Part shown: piece after piece, positions 27,378-38,229 of the stretch
How positions within the stretch are numbered: position 1 is the first letter of the stretch
Layout of the letters: each line of letters opens with the position of its first letter
DNA from: Camelus dromedarius
Lineage: Eukaryota
Reading direction: 5' to 3'
DNA length: 64,000 bases
Assembly (NCBI RefSeq): GCF_036321535.1
Contig: NC_087437.1
Location: forward strand, 71,302,001 to 71,366,000
Program-made: the position numbers and the translations under genes
Notes under the pieces: generated by a model
What the model saw: only the letters and a program-made list of their open reading frames with translations
Database searches by the model: none
Told to the model about the DNA's origin: nothing

Positions 27378-28965
27378 CCTGCACACCTTTTCTTAGAGAA
27401 CATTCAGTCACCAAGAGAAAAGCTGGACATTGGAGTGTGTAGAGCAGTTGATCAAAAATATTTATTCTTTCTGTCTTCAAAGACTAGAAACTTTTCAAGT
27501 CAGCAAGGACCTTGGAGATCATCCAGATTAACTGCCTCCTTCCACAGATGAATAAAGTGAGGATCAGAACGGTTAAGCAATTTGCCTGAGGTTGCTCAGC
27601 TACTTGGTGGCAAACTCCAGACTAGAATCCAGATCTTCTTTACAAAAATGTTAGGTTCTCTGCATTATGTCAATTGCTTTTCTACCCAACTCCAGTACCT
27701 GAGAGAGGCTAGTAAACTTTACAAGGAGAGAAGTACAATTGAAATTTTTAACTTTAGAGAAAACTAATAAAATATGCATGTGCAACTGTGTAAAAAAGAC
27801 TGTAAAATATTAATGCTGAACTGACACAATATAAATAGGATAATAGGATCAGCATAGCTAGAGGACTATCTAGACAGAGAAAAATTTTTGTACACACATG
27901 GAAACTTCAAAAGATTTCCATTTTAAGACTTACTTGCCACAGAATTTTTTAATAAATAATTTACATAATTTTCATTAAGATATAATTCATATACCATAAA
28001 ATTCACCCTATTTAAAGTGTACAGTACAGTGGTTTACAGAGTTGTGCAGCCATCACTACTGTTTAATTTTAGAACATTTTCAACACCCCAAAAGAAACCC
28101 CATGCCCATCAGCAGTCACTCCCGGACCCTGGCCAACACTATGCTACTTTCTGTCTCTATGGATAATACTGATTCTGGACTCCATTTCGTAACAGTGGAA
28201 TCACACAATATATGGTCTTTGGTGGCTGGCTCCTTTCACTCAGCTAATGTTTGCTATAGAACTGTAGTGTATTATCCTTAGCTGTTTTCATTGTTATGAC
28301 CTCAATTACCACTGGACAAAATGCACTTTTATTTGTACAGGTTAATAAAAATGTCCACTCTTCCAAATGAATTCCCATCAGTCAAAAATAATCTCTCTCT
28401 GCTCTGAATTTTTCTGACATTATCTATTGCTCTTTTTGGCCCTTGTCATTTTCAACAATTATTATCACAATTATTTGCACTCCCTGTAGTGCTGTAAGCT
28501 CCTTTCATTAATGCTCTCAATATTTATTGAGTGCCAATTACATGACAAGCACTATGCTAGGGTATCATTGAGAAAAAGTCGTATTATCTTTGTATCCCTC
28601 TAAATACTGACCAGCTAATTTACTTTATTGTTATTTATAAGTGCAGAGATTTCACTAGGTACTTCTCCAGATCCTTAGTAAAAAGATTTGCTAACATCAA
28701 GCTTTAAGCAAATCCTAGGTGACAAATGTTACAAAGTTAACATTTCCTCATATGACCTGAATTTGCTTGCCAATTTAGCAAACTATTTTCTGTCCTCACC
28801 TTTCACTCATTCCACTACAGAAAACTGGAGAACCGGAGAACCGAGAGGCAAATTTCACCCAAGGGTGAATAAATAATTTGAAAGTCTCAATTAGTAAAAT
28901 CTAAAATAAATCTGCTTTGATTAATAATAAATAAAATTTTAACATTTCAAAATGTTCTGCGGTAC

Positions 28966-29084
28966 CTTGGCTGCACATTATCCTCAATCGATAGGGACAA
29001 GTTCTCCATCTCTTCAGCATTTAGGCCTAGCTCAGTGCCATAGTTCTGCTGGAGCAGCTGCCAGAATTCCTGTCTGGTCAGGCT
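28966..29084 (-). CDS. GRAMD1C: GRAMD1C exon 7 (119 nt)
   Basis: ttctag|AGC...CCAAG|gtaccg; SLTRQEFWQLLQQNYGTELGLNAEEMENLSLSIEDNVQP(R). Confidence 0.95.
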
Positions 29085-32000
29085 CTAGAACAACAGAAAA
29101 GTCACACTGACCATCGGGAAACAACATAGTATATAACACAGTGAAGTCAAAATGACCCGCTGTGCAGCAACTGGTGTGTGGCTTTGGTCGTTACTTGACT
29201 TCTAGACATCAGTTTTCCGCATCTATAAAAAGTGAGTTAACAAAACCTATCTGGCATAGCCGATACTGAGAATACGTAAATGATGATTTTAAAGTGTGTA
29301 ATAGAGTAACTACTGTCAATGTGAGGTTAAGACTTAAAATTTCCTTTCCATAAAATATTCTGTTCGTAGTTCCTGGCAACTACTAATCTGCAATTTAAAT
29401 TCTGCAAGCCAATCAGTTTACCATGACCACTGGGTCACCATTCAGAGTTCTAATCATCAATTCAGAACCCCTCTTCTTAATCCATAATGTATCTGAATAT
29501 TTTAACTCCAGTTAAAACCTCATATATCAATAAACTTTAAATTACATTTTTCTAAAATATAAAATGCAAGAGGTGAGAATTCAGAATATTTCTTTTGATT
29601 TACCTTTAATAAAGTTCAGCTTGTCTTTCTTTGTAGGTATCATATCACTATTAAATTATCTAATACAGAAACCTCGTGTGTTATAAAGCAAAACAAAAAC
29701 AACAATAGTAATGATAACCATCGGTCTGATTCTTAGAAACATTTAGATGGTTAACACATGATTAAGCAAGGTAGAGGTAGGCAGCATAACACTTGAAGCA
29801 ACCATTGGCAAGATTCTTTACATCCCTCATTCATTCAACAGACATTTATTCAGAACCTACCAAATGTGTCCCACCGCAGTAGATGCCAAGGAGGATAAAA
29901 ATGATGTACTACTTGCTCTCAAACAACTTACAGCTGAAGAAACGTGAGAGACTTTTAAGTAAAAATTAAATATGACAAACTGTAACATTATTATGTACTA
30001 AAGTACAGTAGAATCAACATGATACAGAAGTCTAAAGGAAAGAAATATCACTGTGGATTAGGGTGGTCAGATAAGGCTTCACATTAGAGAAGGGTCTTCA
30101 GCTGAGCTGAAGGAAGGACATGAATGGAGGAAATAGAGAAACGAAGAAATTTCAGGAGAGGGAACCTACATAAAAATACAGAATAAATACATGATAAATA
30201 TAAATAATATTTGTTTGGAAGTCAATGAGTAGTTTATCAGCCTAACTGGAGTAAAATTTTAAGTGGGGAAATAGTTGGAATAAATATAGAGAGATTTTAC
30301 GGGGCTAAAACATACAAATGCCTTGAATTCCTCCCCGATACTCCCAGCGATAAGTACCACACTTCCTTTTTTCTTTCTCCTTGTTTGTCCTCTCTGTCTA
30401 GTAGCTATGGTATCTTTGTCTGTTACATTACACTATGCGACCTTCATTATTACATTTCATGGAAACTCAAAGACATTCGGAAGAAAATTCCTGCACTTTA
30501 GACTACTAGTTCTCAAATTCCTAGGATCCACAACAGTAGTTGATGAAACTTTAGATATTATTATAAGCATTTCAAAAAGTCAAAAATACCCAAACAGTTA
30601 CCTACAATAAAGTTGTTCAAGCTAAGTAAAATGTCAGGCCTCTTTGTTTGGGGCTGAATTTTATTAACCTAGAGTGGTTATCTCAGGCTTAATAAACAAT
30701 AATATTCTAACATTTTATTATTTAATATACACCGCTTATTTGGTGGACAAAAAGTCTTTTGAAGCATACTGTTCATCGAAAAAAAACTTTAAAAATCACT
30801 AGTGGTAGAGAAAGTTAAGGAACCACTGTCCTCGACCCTGAAGGTACACCCCTAGACATTTCTTTTCTGACTCCCACTCAGCAAGAGCCATTTGTGAGCT
30901 TTTTTTTCCCACAGTAGCAGTTAGCTCATACTAATAATTAACTCAATATTCCAAAGACATTATCTTTGAAGTACTTTTAGTGTCACAAGTGGATGGTTAA
31001 CTTTATAAAGAGAAACAAGCAATATTTCAATATACTTGTGGAAGATTAATCTTTTATAAAAACTATTCTGAAATAATAGGTATCAAACTATTCCAAAAAC
31101 AAACTAAAGCAAGTATATGGACAATGATAAACACTGAGACAGCTACCTAAGAGTGAAAGAAATAAAGCTTTTAAGTAAAATAGTAATAACAAAAATACAA
31201 TTTTATTTGACTATGTAAGTAAATGTCTTAAATACTATCAAAAACTCTCAGGGGTTAATAGCACAGTACTTTCATTATACTTTAAAATCTATTAATTAAA
31301 TATAAATAATGTTAATGGTAAACAAAATAGAACCCATTTAATTCAGAATCTTATAGATTTGCTGATTTGTAAAAATGAACTTTTCTACAAAATTGGCAAA
31401 GTGACAAAAATGGTTATTTACAGTCATGCTGAACATTCAAACATTAAAATATATACCGAGACTGATATTCACAATTCTTTCAATAATCACCAGCAGAGCC
31501 AAGGTTAAGTAACCATAAGAAACAACCTAAATTTTAAACAAAGACTGAACACTTACCTGCAAACAGCAGGAGGGAGGCCCCCCCCCCCAGCCCCCGTTCA
31601 CCCTGATGAGCACTTGAACAAAATAAAGACAATCAAGCAGTAATCAGATAAGGCTTAAAAGTCAGATCAATGTCTGGCCCAGAAAGCTTTGTATTCTAAG
31701 CATGCTTGAAGTCTGTATCTGCAGCAGAGTTCCAAACATTTAATGACAACTATGTAGAATCACTGCTTCAATCTTCTAGTTTTATTATGAGAAGCTTTTC
31801 CTTATAAAAGGCTAGTTCTATTATAATTTAAAGCACATTATTTGTCACTTCCTGGTTTGTAGTATCAGCACTCTTTCCAAGGCTGCCAGACAGAATGCAG
31901 AATTGGAAGTTACACCTTGCTCTACAGGTTCCTAAAGCCACTCCTACTTGAACAGGGTAGGTAAACAGGGTTTTATTAAAGGGACAGTATCCAATTTTTG

Positions 32001-33470
32001 CAGTTCTACACATCAATTAGAAAAAATAAAATGCAAATGAAAATATCTTGCTTATGCTCAATTATGTAAATTGCCTACGCAATACAATTTTAACCTCGTT
32101 TTTTAAATTAAATATATTAAGGGTTAAATTTTCTTTTCCATGCTAATACTTCCTATTCCATTCTGGCAATGTCATCATTTCTTCATATACCACTTCTTCA
32201 GTACTGGCATCCTCATCAGATGCCTGCATTAACCCTTTACAACGATCAAGGACTGCATCTCTTGAGTACTGGAAATGGAACATCAAGAAATGGCAGGAAG
32301 AACCAGCTGTTCAGGTGGAGCAATTCCAGTAAGTATTCAGCATATTTTTCATCATTGAAAAGTTTACATCTTGATTATTCAATAATTCTTTCCTTTACAA
32401 ATACTTTTTTACTTTATTCAGAATAACTTCCTGGCAGGGACCTGGACTATAATAAACATTGAGGAGAGTCCCATCTATCAGTTCTAATTTATTTCCCAGA
32501 AGAAAAATCTTCCTCTAAATGAAACATCAAATCTTGCCCTAATTTCTACCTAGCTGTTCCATTTAATTCAGTAAGGTGTATAGATAAGTCAAATGCTACC
32601 TGATGCACTGCAAGGATCAACCTTTTGGGGGAGGGGAAGGGTTGTTAAAACCTAATCATTTCATACAACAGCAGAATGAGGGACCAGAGTGACCCTGAAG
32701 GATACCACTTGCTCAAACTGAAGAGAGCACACGAGGGGGCTAGGTTCTACTCCCTAAAAACCAGTGCTTTTGACATATTATAGCAGTTCTCACTGACCGA
32801 AACCATAGATAGGTATCCTCACTCTACTACGGTAACCAAATAGCTATGAGAAAAATATACATTAACTCTACTGTAAATGATTTTATATACTTCTGCTAAA
32901 TATAAAAATCCCTTATAGTCAACCACTGGATAGAGAGCAGAACTAAGCTTAATAGGTTTAAGAGGGAAAATAGAACCTAAGACTGGGCCCCAAGAGAGCC
33001 TGGCACACAAAGGCTGAGTAGGAGACGGGTGCCCAGCAAAAAAAAAGAACAAGGGAAATATCTGAGAGGTAGAGGCCAGTTCAGAAAGAATGATATGGAA
33101 ATTAAGGGAAGAAGGTGTTTCAAAATAGAGCATGCGGTGGTGTGAGATGCTGCTGAAATAGCCAAGATGAGCTCATGTATGGCAAATGCAAGTGTGCAGA
33201 GGAGTGAAGCAGCACCTGGGTGACTAGGGGGACACAGGGAGGGAGAAGGAAAGAGTCCATGGGGGAGGGGCAGCAGCCAGGTCATGAAGAGCCTGTATGT
33301 CACGCTAAAGAACATGGAGTCCACAGTGTCAAAATATAAAAAGCCACCTTCTAGTTTCACATTGAAAAGTAACAAGTTCAGAAATGTGTTCTAAAAGATA
33401 CACTTTTAAAATTACTATTACTTTGGAAACAACCAAAAGGACAGATGAGAGTATTAAAAAGAGATCTTTA

Positions 33471-33612
33471 ACACAAAGAACTATATTCGATAGCTTGTAA
33501 TAACCTATAATGAAAAATATGAAAAAGAATATTTATATATACGTAGAGCTGAATCATTATGCTGTCTACCAGGAACTAACACAATGTTGTAAATCAATTT
33601 TTCTTCAATTAA
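33471..33612 (+). mobile_element. L1 3' end (cetartiodactyl-type)
   Basis: Same motif series; flanked by aaaa.agatcttta repeats. Confidence 0.78.
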
Positions 33613-35202
33613 AAAAAAAGATCTTTAGGAGATTATTATAACGGTTCAAGCTAGAAACGTTGAGAGCTTTAATGACGGACATGGCAAGTTAGCAAAGAAG
33701 ACATAAGAAACAAGGATGTACCAGGTTTCTGGCTTAGGTGACTGGGCAGGATGAGGCACACTTTGCTGACCAAGGGAAAACAGGTGGAGGGTTCTACCAA
33801 CCAGAAAGGTTAAAAAATAGGAAACAATATATATGAATACAAATATTTCTATTCTGCCAGGCTAGTATATAGAAAATGGAACTTAAAATAGCTATCAATG
33901 TGCCTTTATTTTTTCCATTTAGGTCTGGCTGTTACACTTATTAGATTCATAGCACTACTGGAAAACTTCTAGATTTCCAAGTAATTCCAAAATCACTGGA
34001 GAGGGGCATTAGGAAGAGTAAGAGGATTTGATAAGGCTGAGGAGTCTACTGGAGAAGGCTAGATGACAGGCCTCCAAAAGGTCTCAAAGGTGACATAACC
34101 TTGATAAATTGACCACTATTTGGAGGAAGGCCTCAGCACTGTCAACATCCCACAGGAGCACTCAGAGTGGCCGACTTAAACGAGCCACACTCACAGGCTG
34201 CATGTACATGCTCTGTAGTAAATACACTAATGCATAGTAGGGAAAAGATCCTTTCTAGATTTCAGATTTCAATCATTCTACCATCCAGGTGCCTGAATAC
34301 CTTGGAAGTCAGACTATCACCAGAAATGTGCATGATAAACATGGAGTACAGCACAGGTAGATAGTTTTAAGGGACAATTTACTGTGACACTGGTAGGGCC
34401 TGATGACTCATCTCTGTATATTTTTCTAGTGATCAAAGTCTGCCTCTGTGATTGCTTTTCTGTCCTAAGTCCTAAATTCTCAGCCTAAGTCTGGCCAAGC
34501 ATCCTCCAGATTGACATATTCTTTCTGTATACATACTAGTACAATTAATCAACTATTTTAAACTCTTTTAACCCACTTGAGAAACAGGATACCCTTCTGT
34601 CATCCTTCAATCAGAGACTCCCAAAATAGAAGCTGGAGAGACATGTAACAGAATTTGGAGAGGGAGGGGTTTGTATACATTGAAAAAGCTCCCCTCATCA
34701 CCTCATCCCTAGTCCTGACACATGCCCCTTCCTTCTGCCCTTTGGGAATAAGCCTAAAAGCCATTCTGTCTCTTTAAGCTTTATAATTTAAAATGAGCAC
34801 AGATTTCTGCTCTACCAGGCCCTGGATTTAAATATTCACTTTCAAAATGTACTCTTCAATTTCCATGAAGAGCTAGCTTCCTAGTAGCTCCCATGTACTG
34901 GCAAGAGAGACTGCTATTATCTCTCTGAGAGAAAAATAGTGCAAAATGAATAATTTGATTCTGTACACATCCTGCCTATATTATTAGTATCAGTAATCCC
35001 AAATCTAATAATACAATAATATCACTAGAAACAGAAAAGTATTAATGAGGCTGGAGTAGCATGCTGGGGCCAAATCATACAGTCCCTACATAAAACTTTA
35101 AAATTTTATTCCAAGGGTAATGGGTATTAAGCAAGAAGCTAATACTAGCAGGCATACATGTTAAAAAAACAAAAAAATAAATAAATCTGGCTTTAGTATA
35201 GT

Positions 35203-35480
35203 TCAGAGGTCCAAAAACTGTTTCTGTAAAAGACCACAGAGTAAATATTTCAGGCCTTGTGGCCCATTCAGTCTCTGTTGCAACTACTCAACTTTGCCAC
35301 TGCAGTGTGAAAGCAACCACAGACAACACAGAAAGAATGAGCATGGCTGTGTTTCAATAAAATTTTATTAATGGACACTGAAATTTGAATTTCATATAAT
35401 TGTGTCATGAAACATAATTGTAAAATCACTTCTACTTTGTGGACCATGCAAAAACAGGTAGCAAGACTGACCTGGTACAG
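35203..35480. mobile_element. MER58-like hAT MITE
   Basis: tttctgtaaaagaccacagagtaaatatttcaggc...tctctgttgcaactactcaactttgcc...gcatggctgtgtttcaataaaa. Confidence 0.8.
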
Positions 35481-35925
35481 AACATGGAAGGGGGAGGGGC
35501 TTAAACACAACAAAATAGTGGAGGAATCAAGTAGGGAAGGGCCTAGGGACTCATCTTAAACCAAGGTTCTATAAAAAAAAAAGAAAACATCAATTGTTTG
35601 TTTCAAAGAACGGAGCTGACACGCTCTTCTGGCCCTACAAACCCCAAATACTCAATGTGCTATCTAGAGAAGGGTGCCAAACTCAAGGGTTGTGAACTAA
35701 GTTGAAGGGATATCAATTACAGCATGAATGACCACGGTGACAATGTAAGCATGTCTAAACATTGAAGACTTATGGCAAGCTAAGCCAAATATCTGAAATA
35801 AACTGTTCTTTCTGAAGCAATGCATCAGAGGAACCTAATGAATGAAAAAAAAAAATGTACTTTTAAAAGCATTCTTTGCCAAAAACAAAAAATGAAATGA
35901 AATTTTTTTTAAAAAAGCATTCTTT

Positions 35926-36106
35926 GAGATAAACAACAAGGTCCTACTATACAGCACAGGGAACTACATTCGATATTTTATAATAACCTATAATGAAAAA
36001 GAATATGAAAAGGAATATGTATACATATGTATATATAACTGAATCACTATGCTGTACACCAGAAATTAACATATTGTAAATCAACTTCAATACGTCAATA
36101 AAATTT
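35926..36106 (+). mobile_element. L1 3' end (cetartiodactyl-type)
   Basis: Same motif series; TSD aaaaaagcattcttt at 35911-35925 and 36107-36121. Confidence 0.85.
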
Positions 36107-37099
36107 AAAAAAGCATTCTTTTTCAAAGGCATTATATTTGCCTCCAGCTTTTTTTCCTTTTTGTGGATTTATTTTACTGAAGAAACAAATACACACAAAC
36201 ACACATACATACACATAGAGTTAAAATCACTCTGTTGTATTAATCTTAATGGACTAATCTTTTATCTAGATTAATCTGCTTTGTTTTTAAGGCCCCCTTA
36301 TGCAAGAAGTAAGCAAAAATCAGACATATTTACTTTTATTCTCAAATTCCTTCATTATATCAAAATCCGGTAATAAATATAATATTCTAAATTTAAATCT
36401 TCTAAAAATATTTTGAATATATGTAAAATTTATTATTCACATTACTTGTCTTACAGAATTTAGTTGGTCTGTATATTTTATGGATTTTGATTTTTTCCTT
36501 CTTTTTAGAAATAGTATTACAAAAGATCAAGAAATCTAACCAATGTGGCTTTATTTCTTTAAAAAAACTAGAAGACAACTGAGACTTGTAAAATTACAAA
36601 CAATATTGAGACTACACGAAGCACCTAGCACTATGTCTGGCACCTAATACTTCATAAGTGAGAGTTACTATTATTGTTATAGATATTAGTATATTAAAAA
36701 AATGTTCTTCAAAGATCACTAGGAAGGGTAGTTTTGTTGTTGATTTTATTTTCTAATTCCTTTTCTGGGTGAATTCTACAGAGTTTAAAATTCCAATTAG
36801 GATAATTTTAAAACTGAGATCTCACCTTAAACTTTCATTAAGTTCTGTATAGCACTTAACATATAGTATATGCGTAAATGTGGATTTTTGTCCTACCATA
36901 GAGCAGAAATGGTCATCGTTCTATTTATTAAAATGAGAGCACTGCGTCTACTTGGAATAGAATTGCATGTTCAACATTAAAGATAACCAAATAATCCAAA
37001 GATCTGAAAGGTAGAACTACCGTAAAAATATTGATACTCCTCTGAGCACATCAAGAACACAGCTGACATCAGGATCTTTCCAAAGAGGGTTAGATTTTA

Positions 37100-38110
37100 C
37101 TTCCAGTCGGTTGACAGCGTTTATCCGCTATAGTGGCCTCAGGAGAGTCCTGGAATTCCCTCTCTTCCTCCCACTTCAAAGAGGTTTTTGTTTGTTTGTT
37201 TGTTTTTCTTTTTTCATTAAATTTCAGATCTCAGTTTTCCCCCTGGCTAAGCCTGCACTTTATCACTTCCCTGGAGGTATTTGTTTTCCTGAGGCTGCAT
37301 CCCAATTTCCTCACGTGCAGTAAGCTCGAAAGTGATTTGGAGAGGCCGCTCTGATCCAGCGTATCACCGAACGTGGGATGCGGTAGCAGCTCCTTGTTAG
37401 AATTAAATAATGCACCCGGGGTATTTCCAGAGCAATCAAAACAACTTGGTGTTTGGGGTAGAGTTAGCCATGTCCCTATGGCAACATTGTAGTTTTCAGC
37501 CCTATGCCAGTAAGAGCAGCCATCTGTAATTATGATGATGCGTCTGAACGCGGCGGGCCTGCAGTTGCGGGGCGGAGGCTTTCCGCAGCACGACCTGGAA
37601 GGGCAGAGTGGGGCTGTCGGGCCGCACACCTCAGTGCAGCGGTTTTGTGCTCTTGCAGTTGGCTGCCAGGCACTGCTGGTCCCGGCACTCGCAGGCCTGC
37701 CAGCCTGAGCATCTCCCAGGCCAGGAGCATGGGCATCGGGCTCCGAGGGAGACTGGGCGCCCAAACGCCAAGAAAGACTCAAGGAAGTGGGGGTTGGTCT
37801 TGGGGCTGCCCTGCCAGCCTTGTCTGTTATGCAAGGGAGGGAGGAGGGTCTGTGCTTGGCACGCTTCCCTACACGACCCGCTTCTCTCTTCTCTCTCTCC
37901 TCCACCTCCCGACTTCCAGGTCACTTCGCATAGTGTCCCACTCCCCCTGCCCCTCCACCCCACCCCTACCCTGAACTCCAGGAAAGTGAAAGCATCTGAG
38001 CAAAGCACTGTTTGAAAGAGCCAAATCTCAGCAGGTTCCCTAAAGTTTGAAAATTCGTTACAGCATTCAATCCTAAAATCCCGCAGGCAAAATTCGTCCA
38101 CTCCAATGAG
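37100..38110. promoter_or_regulatory. Intronic GC/CpG-rich island, candidate internal promoter or enhancer
   Basis: About 17 CpG in 37541-37770 against a CpG-depleted, AT-rich background; GC box ggggcggag at 37569-37577; X-box gtccctatggcaac at 37472-37485. Confidence 0.65.
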
Positions 38111-38229
38111 GGGCTTATCTGGGGAGTGGTGGGGAGAGGTCAAGTTCCCACCAGTGGTGTTTGAGCTCTCACTGCAGAGGAGCCTTTCTTATCAGCTGGA
38201 AAGCTCTATTCTTCTCCCAAACCAGTTGT

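Noticed and set aside
37231..38143. Long overlapping ORFs (224, 170, 156 and 135 aa) as a nested gene
   Set aside because: They occur on both strands in GC-rich sequence, are rich in A/R/P/G/S, and resemble no protein I recognise. This is expected from stop-codon scarcity in a CpG island.
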